A stretch of 25,967 bases of DNA from a virus (IMGVR_UViG_3300025723_000898:1-25967); one strand, 5' to 3'. Numbered from the stretch's first letter, positions 16,806 through 24,507 are shown. The notes: generated from the letters alone by a model not told the origin. Translations and numbers: made by a program.

Positions 16806-17906
16806 ATGACTGTATATCTAGTTGATTTAGAAGCCGTTGATACACGTTATACTAAGCAATGGAAAGAATATCTTCCACTTATGTTAGAAAATGCTGGATT
16901 AAAAGTATATCCAATATCCGGTGGTCATGTACAACAAGATACTACTCCGGGTGCTTTTCTAAACTTTGCCGGAACTAATACATATAAATCACAGCAAATG
17001 TGTACTATTTCTAACTTGTTTTCCAATGATGATAATCATGCATTAAAACCAAAAGATGGAGATTATTTTCTTTATACTGATGCTTGGAACCCAACTGTTA
17101 TACAGCTAAAATATATGGCTGAACTATTGGGAATCAAGATCAAGATTGGCGGACTATGGCATGCCGGATCATATGATCCTCAAGATTTCCTAGGAAGGCT
17201 TATCGGTGATGCACCCTGGGTGCGTAATGCCGAAGCTAGTATGTTTTATTGTTATGATCATAACTTTTTTGCTACAGAGTTTCATCTGGATATGTTCTGC
17301 AAAAATCTTTTTGATGAGGACGATACTTCTGAGTTTATGGAATATCATCAAGGCAAGATTAAGATTCTAGGGTGGCCTATGGAATATCTTCCTGAAATAC
17401 TAGCACCATATGCTGATGTTGAAAAGAAAGATAAGATTATATTTCCGCATAGATTAGCGCCCGAAAAGCAGATACATATATTCAAGGACTTGGCTAGAGA
17501 ACTACCAGAGTTCGAATGGTTCGTTGCACAAGAAAGCAAGCTGACTAAAGAAGCATATCATCAACATCTCGCAGAAAGTAAAGTTGTTTTTTCAGCTAAT
17601 CTACAAGAAACATTGGGCATTAGTATGTATGAAGGTGCATTAGTTGGAGCATTTCCTCTCATGCCGGATAGACTTTCTTACAAAGAAATGTGGCCAGAAG
17701 GTGCATTATATCCAAGTGAATGGACTGAAAGCTTTATGCATTATCAGACGCACAAAGATAAGTTAGTTACACTGATACGCAACCTAGTAAAAAATAATAG
17801 TAAAGAGATACAAGATGTTGCAAAGAATACTGCTAAAGAAGTTGGAGAAAAATTCTTTAATGGCAGTGAACTTTATAAAACAATACTTGACTCACAATCT
17901 AAATAA
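16806..17906 (+). CDS. GT-B fold glycosyltransferase (GT4-like)
   Basis: C-terminal domain IIFPHRLAPEKQ and QETLGISMYEGA (ExxGxxxxE donor-binding motif), PDRLSYKEM; N-terminal domain WHAGSYDPQDFLGR. Confidence 0.8.
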   Translation: MTVYLVDLEAVDTRYTKQWKEYLPLMLENAGLKVYPISGGHVQQDTTPGAFLNFAGTNTYKSQQMCTISNLFSNDDNHALKPKDGDYFLYTDAWNPTVIQLKYMAELLGIKIKIGGLWHAGSYDPQDFLGRLIGDAPWVRNAEASMFYCYDHNFFATEFHLDMFCKNLFDEDDTSEFMEYHQGKIKILGWPMEYLPEILAPYADVEKKDKIIFPHRLAPEKQIHIFKDLARELPEFEWFVAQESKLTKEAYHQHLAESKVVFSANLQETLGISMYEGALVGAFPLMPDRLSYKEMWPEGALYPSEWTESFMHYQTHKDKLVTLIRNLVKNNSKEIQDVAKNTAKEVGEKFFNGSELYKTILDSQSK

Positions 17907-17915
17907 TCTTATAAT
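17887..17915 (+). promoter_or_regulatory. Sigma70-type promoter TTGACT-N17-TATAAT with CTAAATA in the spacer
   Basis: -35 at 17887-17892, -10 at 17910-17915, upstream of folE. Confidence 0.8.
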
Positions 17916-17955
17916 AAAACAAATGCCATCCTCGGCTATAACTCGGAGAACAAAA

Positions 17956-18642
17956 TTGAGTATTTCAGAAGTAATACGTAAACGCATCGAACTCAACGGC
18001 GGCCGCTATTGGGCCGGTGATAATATTAGCAAGTATATCCAACCAGAAGAATATGATTTACTGATTAGTGAGCTAACAGCAAAATTTAATGATGTTCTCG
18101 ATAGTCTTGTTATCGATCGTGAGAATGATCCCAACAGTAGGGGAACAGGCAAACGTCTCGCTAAAATGTACATTAATGAAATCATGAGTGGTAGATATGA
18201 CCCAGCACCAGATGCAACAAGTTTTCCAAACGATAGCAACGATAGGTATGAAGGTATGCTTGTGGTTCGTAGCGAGCTGCGTAGCATTTGTAGTCATCAC
18301 CATCAACCCGTTAACGGTATTGCTTATATTGGTATTATCGCCGCTAATAAGCTTATCGGACTTTCTAAGTATACTCGTATTGCTCAGTGGTGCGCTAGGC
18401 GTGGGACTTTGCAAGAAGAACTATGCAACGACATTGCAAGAGAAATCAGTAAAGCAACCGAATCAGAAAACGTAGCAGTATATATACAAGCTACACACGG
18501 ATGCTGTGAGAACCGTGGCATTATGGCAAAATCAAGTCTCACACAAACAACAGTTCTCCGTGGTGCATTTTCTAACGATCCTGCTACTAAGAATGAGTTC
18601 TTTGAGAACGTTAAACTACAACAAGGATTTGCCTGCCGATGA
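17956..18642 (+). CDS. folE: GTP cyclohydrolase I
   Basis: TGKRLAKMY, SICSHHHQP, GLSKYTRI, LQEEL, HGCCENRG motifs. Start at TTG 17956 after SD GGAG and downstream of the promoter. Confidence 0.95.
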   Translation: MSISEVIRKRIELNGGRYWAGDNISKYIQPEEYDLLISELTAKFNDVLDSLVIDRENDPNSRGTGKRLAKMYINEIMSGRYDPAPDATSFPNDSNDRYEGMLVVRSELRSICSHHHQPVNGIAYIGIIAANKLIGLSKYTRIAQWCARRGTLQEELCNDIAREISKATESENVAVYIQATHGCCENRGIMAKSSLTQTTVLRGAFSNDPATKNEFFENVKLQQGFACR

Positions 18643-19241
18643 CCGACTCTAAATCACTATCCGAACAAGTTTCAGATCAAATAAAAAAGCTACAAGATGA
18701 CTGTGAATCTAGATCATTTGCTATTCCTGCTCTTTCTAAAGAGGATCTAGATGCATTAAGTACCATTGATACTAACTGGTATAATAATAGTCAGTATTCA
18801 AATAATATAAATGCCAACTCATATCCTGGAGTTACTACCGTAACGTTAACTAGTGGTGGCGGTGGTGGTGGCGGAGGAACTTTGGGTTCTGGAACTACAT
18901 ATATTAGTTCCGGCACTGGTTATCCAAATCCTCCAATAGTTAATTCAGGTATAGGAACAACAGGAACATACTATACTAGCGGACCTCAAGGACCAACCTG
19001 GACTGGTGTTACAACGCCTGCAACTGTTAAGATTTCAGGAAAGAATCCAAAAATACAAACAGATAAGAGTGAGATTGATCTAGACGAGACTGCTGAACTA
19101 ATAAAAATAGTAAAAGAACGTCTCCTCATATTGATTCCTAACTTCGAAAAACACGAAAAGTATCAGGCTCTTAAAAAAGCATATGAAAACTATAAAATGA
19201 TAGAGGCTCTAATACAAGAGGAAAAAATCGATGTCAAATAA
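18639..19241 (+). CDS. Hypothetical protein with Gly/Thr/Ser-rich low-complexity centre
   Basis: ATGA overlap with folE; Gly8 tract at 18855-18878; helical C-terminus EKYQALKKAYENYKMIEAL. Confidence 0.75.
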   Translation: MTDSKSLSEQVSDQIKKLQDDCESRSFAIPALSKEDLDALSTIDTNWYNNSQYSNNINANSYPGVTTVTLTSGGGGGGGGTLGSGTTYISSGTGYPNPPIVNSGIGTTGTYYTSGPQGPTWTGVTTPATVKISGKNPKIQTDKSEIDLDETAELIKIVKERLLILIPNFEKHEKYQALKKAYENYKMIEALIQEEKIDVK

Positions 19242-19734
19242 GATAAAGTTATCGTGGCAAGAGATAGACGATGCATGTAATAAACTTGCATTTAGTATTT
19301 TAAAAGACGGGTTTAAACCCGATTATATCGTGGGCATTACACGAGGAGGATTAACTCCAGCAGTTATTCTCAGTCAAATACTCGAAGTGCCAATGTACAC
19401 TTTAAAAGTTACTCTCCGTGATGGTATTGAAGAAGATTGCGATCATAACTGTTGGATGCCAGAAGATGCGATGGGATACGAAAAAGATCCAGTTAATATC
19501 CTCATTGTTGACGATATCAATGACAGTGGAGCTACTATTGATTGGATTAAAAAGGACTGGCCTAGCTCTTGTTTACCTTATGATGAACGTTGGAATACCT
19601 GTTGGAATAAAAATGTAAAGTTTGCTGTTGTAGTTAATAATCTAGCTAGTAATGAAACTATTGATTATTCTGCTATCGAAATCAACAAAACAGAAAACAA
19701 TGTTTGGATTGATTTTCCTTGGGAGCGCAGTTGA
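19231..19734 (+). CDS. Type I phosphoribosyltransferase (xanthine/guanine PRT-like)
   Basis: LSWQEI, IVGITRGGL, PRPP-binding loop ILIVDDINDSGAT and C-terminal WIDFPWE, as in Gpt-like enzymes. Confidence 0.88.
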   Translation: MSNKIKLSWQEIDDACNKLAFSILKDGFKPDYIVGITRGGLTPAVILSQILEVPMYTLKVTLRDGIEEDCDHNCWMPEDAMGYEKDPVNILIVDDINDSGATIDWIKKDWPSSCLPYDERWNTCWNKNVKFAVVVNNLASNETIDYSAIEINKTENNVWIDFPWERS

Positions 19735-19759
19735 CAAAAATACAAAAATATATTATATT
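19731..19759 (+). promoter_or_regulatory. Sigma70-type promoter TTGACA-N17-TATATT
   Basis: -35 overlaps the PRTase stop codon; upstream of queE. Confidence 0.7.
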
Positions 19760-19779
19760 AAAAATAAGGCGGTATACAT

Positions 19780-20622
19780 ATGAGCAAGATTAAAATAGCA
19801 GAATTATTCTATAGCTTACAAGGCGAAGGTCAATACTTAGGTACACCTTCTGTTTTCTTGCGAGTATTTGGTTGCAACTTCCAATGCCAAGGTTTCAGTA
19901 TGCCACGTGGAGAAGTTAGTACAGAAAGGCTTGACATTGATCCTAACAATTACAAAAACTATAATGACTTACCTCTTGTACACACTGGTTGCGATAGCTA
20001 CGCTAGTTGGGATGTTCGCTTTAAGCATCTTTCCCCAATGATGTCTATTGAAACAATAGTTGACAAAATAGAAGCATTACTTCCATTTTCTAAGTTTAGC
20101 AAAGATAAGCATCTCATTATTACAGGTGGTGAACCTCTACTGGGTTGGCAAAGAAGTTATATTGATCTATTTGAAGAGATCAAACATAGAGATATGAATC
20201 TGAGTCATGTTACTTTTGAAACAAATGGTACACAGACACTAAATGAAGATTTAAAAGAATATTTAAGCAATAGTGGTATCGAAGTTACATTTTCTATTAG
20301 CAGTAAACTTCCTAGCAGTGGTGAACTGTTTGAAGAAGCTATACTTCCAGATGTAGTTGCAGGTTATGCAGAAGTTGAAAACAGCAATCCTTATTTTAAA
20401 TGGGTTGTAAGTAACGATGATGATTACAATGATGTAATACGTGCAGTAGCAACTTACTCCAATGGTGGTATAGATTTTCCGATTTATTTAATGCCAGCTG
20501 GTGGTACTAGTATGCATTATAACGAAAACGAAAAATGGGTCGCTAACATTGCTATGGAAAATGGTTGGCGATATACTCCTAGACTGCAAGTGCAGTTATG
20601 GAAGAATGCATGGGGGACATAA
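19780..20622 (+). CDS. queE: 7-carboxy-7-deazaguanine synthase (radical SAM)
   Basis: ELFYSLQGEG, PSVFLRVFGCNFQC...GCDS, IITGGEPLL, FETNGT, SISSKL, LMPAG and RLQVQLW are all QueE hallmarks. Confidence 0.92.
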   Translation: MSKIKIAELFYSLQGEGQYLGTPSVFLRVFGCNFQCQGFSMPRGEVSTERLDIDPNNYKNYNDLPLVHTGCDSYASWDVRFKHLSPMMSIETIVDKIEALLPFSKFSKDKHLIITGGEPLLGWQRSYIDLFEEIKHRDMNLSHVTFETNGTQTLNEDLKEYLSNSGIEVTFSISSKLPSSGELFEEAILPDVVAGYAEVENSNPYFKWVVSNDDDYNDVIRAVATYSNGGIDFPIYLMPAGGTSMHYNENEKWVANIAMENGWRYTPRLQVQLWKNAWGT

Positions 20623-20921
20623 TGGGAATCTTTGATCTATTTAAAAAGAAAGAAAAAGTCATAGCTGAACCTCTTACAGAGAAGGAAGCTGCTACTCTAA
20701 AAAAGTTGCCTTATATTAAGGTACTAGATACTCAAGTTGAAAGATCTAATCCCAGTAATGGTTTCTTTGAATTAGATTGGAATGAATACTTCATTGACGA
20801 TTTAAAGAAAGCAGGGTATACTGGCAGTACAGACGAAGAGATAGTTGATAAATGGTTTAAGGCACTTTGTCAAACTGTTGCTTCAGATAACAACCTCGAA
20901 CAAGAGATCAGGATCGTATGA
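20622..20921 (+). CDS. Hypothetical protein (99 aa)
   Basis: TAATG coupling to queE; motif NGFFELDWNEYFI...EEIVDKWF. Confidence 0.75.
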   Translation: MGIFDLFKKKEKVIAEPLTEKEAATLKKLPYIKVLDTQVERSNPSNGFFELDWNEYFIDDLKKAGYTGSTDEEIVDKWFKALCQTVASDNNLEQEIRIV

Positions 20922-21883
20922 ACTATATTATCGTAGATACAGCTAACTGTTTTTTCCGTGCTCGTCATGTAGTACGTGGTAATGCAGATGAAAAGATCGG
21001 TATGGCATTACATGTAACACTTGCTAGCATTAAAAAGGCTTGGCAGGATTTTAAAGGTGATCATGTCGTATTTTGTCTAGAAGGTCGTAGCTGGCGCAAG
21101 GATTACTATGCTCCATATAAGCGTAATCGCACAGAAGCTAGATCAGCTCTAACAGAAAAAGAAGCAGAAGAAGATAAGCTCTTTTGGGAAACTTTTGATA
21201 AGTTTAAAGAGTTTATCAATGAAAAGACCAACTGCACCGTTATGCAAAATCCTAGACTAGAAGCAGATGATCTTATCGCTGGTTGGATTGAAAGTCATCC
21301 AAATGATAATCATATTATCATTTCTACTGATAGTGATTTCGTACAACTTATTGCTCCTAACGTAAAACAATACAATGGTGTAGCAGAAACAACAATAACA
21401 CATGAAGGCATCTTTGACAAAAAAGGTAAGCGTGTTATTGATAATAAGACAAAGGAACCTAAGGCTATTCCAGATCCTCAATGGTTACTTTTTGAAAAGT
21501 GTATGCGCGGCGATCCTACAGATAATGTGTTTAGTGCATATCCTAAAATTCGTAAAAATAAACTTCAAGAAGCTTTTGAAGATCGAAAGAATAAGGGGTT
21601 TGCTTGGAATAACATGATGCTACAACGTTGGGTAGATCACAACGGCGAAGAACATCGTGTACTAGATGATTATGAACGTAATCGTCGATTGATTGATCTT
21701 AAACATCAGCCCGATGATGTTAAGGAGATTATCGAAGAGACTATTAAAACAAATGCAGTAAAAAAGAACGTTGATCAAGTAGGTATGAGGTTGTTGAAGT
21801 TTTGTGGATTATTTGATCTAGTTAAAATTAGCGAACAAGCTCAGTCTTACGCAGATCCTTTAAATGCAAAATATCCGGAGTAA
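20918..21883 (+). CDS. rnh: T4 RNase H-like 5'-3' exonuclease / flap endonuclease
   Basis: IIVD, WRKDYYAPYKRNR, EADDLIA, ISTDSDFVQL, GDPTDNV and NRRLIDL motifs of the FEN/T4 RNase H family. Confidence 0.9.
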   Translation: MNYIIVDTANCFFRARHVVRGNADEKIGMALHVTLASIKKAWQDFKGDHVVFCLEGRSWRKDYYAPYKRNRTEARSALTEKEAEEDKLFWETFDKFKEFINEKTNCTVMQNPRLEADDLIAGWIESHPNDNHIIISTDSDFVQLIAPNVKQYNGVAETTITHEGIFDKKGKRVIDNKTKEPKAIPDPQWLLFEKCMRGDPTDNVFSAYPKIRKNKLQEAFEDRKNKGFAWNNMMLQRWVDHNGEEHRVLDDYERNRRLIDLKHQPDDVKEIIEETIKTNAVKKNVDQVGMRLLKFCGLFDLVKISEQAQSYADPLNAKYPE

Positions 21884-21887
21884 TATT

Positions 21888-22358
21888 ATGGAACTAAAAG
21901 CTAAACCAGTAATAGATGGTAAATTTTGGATACTTGAAGAACAAGGTAATAAAGTCGGAACCTTACAAAAAGATGAATCTAATGCTTTTGTTTTAACTAA
22001 CAAAAACAAATCTTCTACGGTTTTTAAAGATATTAAATCGATAGAAAAACAGTTTGGTAAAAACTTTTTTATCTCTTCAAAGAAAGAAGAAAATACTTCT
22101 ACACAAGAAATATACGGATATATGGCTAACTGTAACCCACATAATCCAATGTATGATATAAAGAAAAAGTTACCATTGTTTACCAAAAGCGATGCTAGCA
22201 AAAGTGTATATTGTGCAGGATATTATGCTATTCATTTTGAAAAAGGCTGGGTTAAAAGTTTCTGTCCTAAGTTGATAACTATCCAACGATATGAATATAA
22301 GGGACCATTTAAAACAGAACTTGAACTAAGACAGGTACTAAGCAATGTCAACAGATAA
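21888..22358 (+). CDS. Hypothetical protein (156 aa)
   Basis: SD GGAG then ATG 21888; motifs LPLFTKS, CAGYY, SFCPKL, YKGPFKT. Confidence 0.75.
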   Translation: MELKAKPVIDGKFWILEEQGNKVGTLQKDESNAFVLTNKNKSSTVFKDIKSIEKQFGKNFFISSKKEENTSTQEIYGYMANCNPHNPMYDIKKKLPLFTKSDASKSVYCAGYYAIHFEKGWVKSFCPKLITIQRYEYKGPFKTELELRQVLSNVNR

Positions 22359-22575
22359 TCTATCAGTTGCTATCTTAGAAGATTTTATTAAAAAGACTAG
22401 ACTAGCTGTTAAATCTGGTCAAAAAGAAATGAAGTTTTCTATCCAAGATGCAGAATCAATAGTACATAATCTTTCCATTATCTTGTTGAGATTGGCAGAA
22501 AGAGATACTAGATCTAATAAAGAAGAAGTTATACAGGTTGTAATGGACGGCGGAGGATTAGATGATAAGCGATAA
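22345..22575 (+). CDS. Hypothetical protein (76 aa)
   Basis: Overlaps the upstream stop; ends in VVMDGGG. Confidence 0.7.
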   Translation: MSTDNLSVAILEDFIKKTRLAVKSGQKEMKFSIQDAESIVHNLSIILLRLAERDTRSNKEEVIQVVMDGGGLDDKR

Positions 22576-22603
22576 ATATTATGCAGAATATTTCTGCATT
22601 TTT
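22571..22603 (+). promoter_or_regulatory. Late-type box GATAAATA followed by 8-bp hairpin ATGCAGAA-TAT-TTCTGCAT and T-tract
   Basis: Perfect inverted repeat 22581-22588 / 22592-22599 followed by TTTT; could be a terminator or a leader hairpin. Confidence 0.55.
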
Positions 22604-22613
22604 AGAGAAGCTC

Positions 22614-22907
22614 ATGAGTCGTCCAAAACCAACATTAATCTTAGAATATGTTAACAAAAAGAGCTATAAGATGGAACAGGTTCTAGAAGCAGAAGCTATA
22701 TGGGCAGTTTTCTATAAAGGTAAACCTTTTAACTTGAAAAGCAGTAGCATAGTTAGCAACTACCCTGGACCCAAATATAAAAAGACAGCATTTGGAAATC
22801 CAGGTCATGCTATTAACTTGGCTAAAAAGCTTAACCAAATGTTTAAAACTACCGATTTCGAAGTGGTTAAGCTAACTACCGGTGAAATCGTTTCATGTCA
22901 AACATAA
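22614..22907 (+). CDS. Hypothetical basic protein (97 aa, MSRPKP...)
   Basis: Likely start ATG 22614 after the hairpin; motifs GPKYKKTAFGNPGHAINLAKKLN. Confidence 0.75.
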   Translation: MSRPKPTLILEYVNKKSYKMEQVLEAEAIWAVFYKGKPFNLKSSSIVSNYPGPKYKKTAFGNPGHAINLAKKLNQMFKTTDFEVVKLTTGEIVSCQT

Positions 22908-23290
22908 AAACCCTTCTAACAAAAATATTCCTACAACAGGCCAATCTTCCGGCGGGCAAGGACGACATACATAAAAAACTGTTTCTCTGGTGGAAAAATC
23001 CGCGAGATAAAACAGAAGGCGGGCTTACATTAACTGAAGAAGGTTTTAATTTCTTAAACGATATTATCAAACTCAAGAACTATTCTATTCCTTTACCAAA
23101 AGATTTCGTCTTTACAACACAGGTTGTTCTTTGGTTGGATAAGTTTTTAGATTGCCCACATTATTATACAAAAAAAGAAATCATAGTTTTTAAAGAAACT
23201 AAAGCAGTAGAACTCATGCTATTTTCGGGAGACGTAAGAAAATACGGTCTAGCAAAAGCAATGTCTAGACAACGAGAAATAAACCAATAA
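22895..23290 (+). CDS. Hypothetical protein (131 aa)
   Basis: Overlapping start; motifs WWKNPR, GLTLTEEG, LDKFLDCPHY. Confidence 0.75.
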   Translation: MSNIKTLLTKIFLQQANLPAGKDDIHKKLFLWWKNPRDKTEGGLTLTEEGFNFLNDIIKLKNYSIPLPKDFVFTTQVVLWLDKFLDCPHYYTKKEIIVFKETKAVELMLFSGDVRKYGLAKAMSRQREINQ

Positions 23291-23296
23291 GAACAG

Positions 23297-23324
23297 TTGA
23301 CGTACATATACAAGATGCTATTAT
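23297..23324 (+). promoter_or_regulatory. Sigma70-type promoter TTGACG-N16-TATTAT with extended -10 TGn
   Basis: CAGTTGAC...TGCTATTAT, the same arrangement as at 24456. Confidence 0.7.
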
Positions 23325-23357
23325 AACAGTATAGACATTACAGCAAGGAGCAACACA

Positions 23358-24440
23358 ATGTCAGATCTTAGCACACGTACAGTTAGCATTTCCGGCGCCA
23401 AGTCAGCATTGCGCCACGCATTCCGCAAGCGTCGTCCAGTATTCCTTTGGGGCCCTCCAGGCATTGGTAAATCAGATGCTATTCATCAGCTTGGTAGCGA
23501 GATGGATGCTCATGTTATTGACGTGCGCTTGTCACTTTGGGAACCTACTGATATTAAGGGTATCCCTTACTTTAACTCAACTGACAGCACAATGAGCTGG
23601 GCGCCGCCCGTAGAACTTCCTACTGAGGAACTTGCTGCCAAACATCCAGTTGTTATCTTGTTCCTGGATGAGATGAACTCAGCACCGCCTAGCGTACAGG
23701 CTGCTGCTTATCAGCTTGTTCTTAATCGCCGCGTTGGTACGTACCGTTTGCCTGATAACGTGATCGTTGTTGCTGCTGGTAACCGTGAAGCAGATAAGGG
23801 CGTTACTTACCGTATGCCTGCTCCGCTTGCAAATCGTTTCGTACATCTTGAACTACGTGTAGACTTTGAAGATTGGTTTAACTGGGCTGTTGAAAACAAG
23901 GTTCACCGTGACGTTGTTGGTTATATCAGCTTTGCCAAGCAGGACTTGTATGATTTCGATCCTAAGACTGCTAGCCGCTCATTTGCTACGCCACGTTCAT
24001 GGAGCTTCGTTAGCGAACTGCTCGATGATGATCTAAGCGAGACTACACTTGCCGATCTTGTTAGCGGCGCTGTCGGTGAGGGTACTGGTGTTAAGTTTAT
24101 GGCACATCGTAAGGTTGCTGGACGTATGCCTAATCCTACTGACATCCTTAGTGGTAAGGTTAAGGAACTTAAGGTCAAGGAGATCAGCGCGATGTATTCG
24201 CTAACTGTATCACTTTGCTATGAACTTAAGGACGGTGCAGAGAAGAAGGTCAAGAACTGGGACGAACAGGCTGATAACTTCTTCCGCTTTATGATGGATA
24301 ACTTCGAGACTGAGCTCACTGTTATGGGTGCTAAGATCGCGCTTACTAACTATGACTTGCCACTTGATCCTAGCAAGATGAAAAACTTTGATGAGTTTCA
24401 CGATCGCTTCGGCAAGTATGTAATCGCTGCCAATCAGTAA
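23358..24440 (+). CDS. MoxR-like AAA+ ATPase
   Basis: Walker A GPPGIGKS, Walker B LFLDEMN, sensor AAGN, arginine finger PLANRF, TPRSW. Confidence 0.92.
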   Translation: MSDLSTRTVSISGAKSALRHAFRKRRPVFLWGPPGIGKSDAIHQLGSEMDAHVIDVRLSLWEPTDIKGIPYFNSTDSTMSWAPPVELPTEELAAKHPVVILFLDEMNSAPPSVQAAAYQLVLNRRVGTYRLPDNVIVVAAGNREADKGVTYRMPAPLANRFVHLELRVDFEDWFNWAVENKVHRDVVGYISFAKQDLYDFDPKTASRSFATPRSWSFVSELLDDDLSETTLADLVSGAVGEGTGVKFMAHRKVAGRMPNPTDILSGKVKELKVKEISAMYSLTVSLCYELKDGAEKKVKNWDEQADNFFRFMMDNFETELTVMGAKIALTNYDLPLDPSKMKNFDEFHDRFGKYVIAANQ

Positions 24441-24446
24441 AACACT

Positions 24447-24483
24447 ATGGCACAGTTGACAATCCAGTTAACTGTGCTATTAT
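24447..24483 (+). promoter_or_regulatory. Promoter TTGACA-N16-(TGC)TATTAT embedded in a 14-bp inverted repeat
   Basis: ATGGCACAGTTGAC-AATCCA-GTTAACTGTGCTAT (two G-T pairs); -35 at 24456, -10 at 24478. Confidence 0.75.
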
Positions 24484-24507
24484 ATGTACATAACACAGGA
24501 GAATCTC

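Noticed and set aside
17921-17958. Canonical preQ1-I or THF-II riboswitch upstream of folE
   Set aside because: The leader is too short and lacks the consensus sequences. It is kept only as a speculative novel element.
12812-20622. Ordinary bacterial queuosine tRNA-modification operon
   Set aside because: There is no queC, queF, queA or queG, the TGT is divergent and lacks the canonical zinc site, and the context is phage replication genes.
7246-24507. Longest-ORF starts at 7246, 7461, 8426, 11865, 14506, 15645, 16103, 17815, 20598, 21864, 22581 and 24484
   Set aside because: Downstream starts fit SD sequences, stop/start overlaps and promoter positions better.
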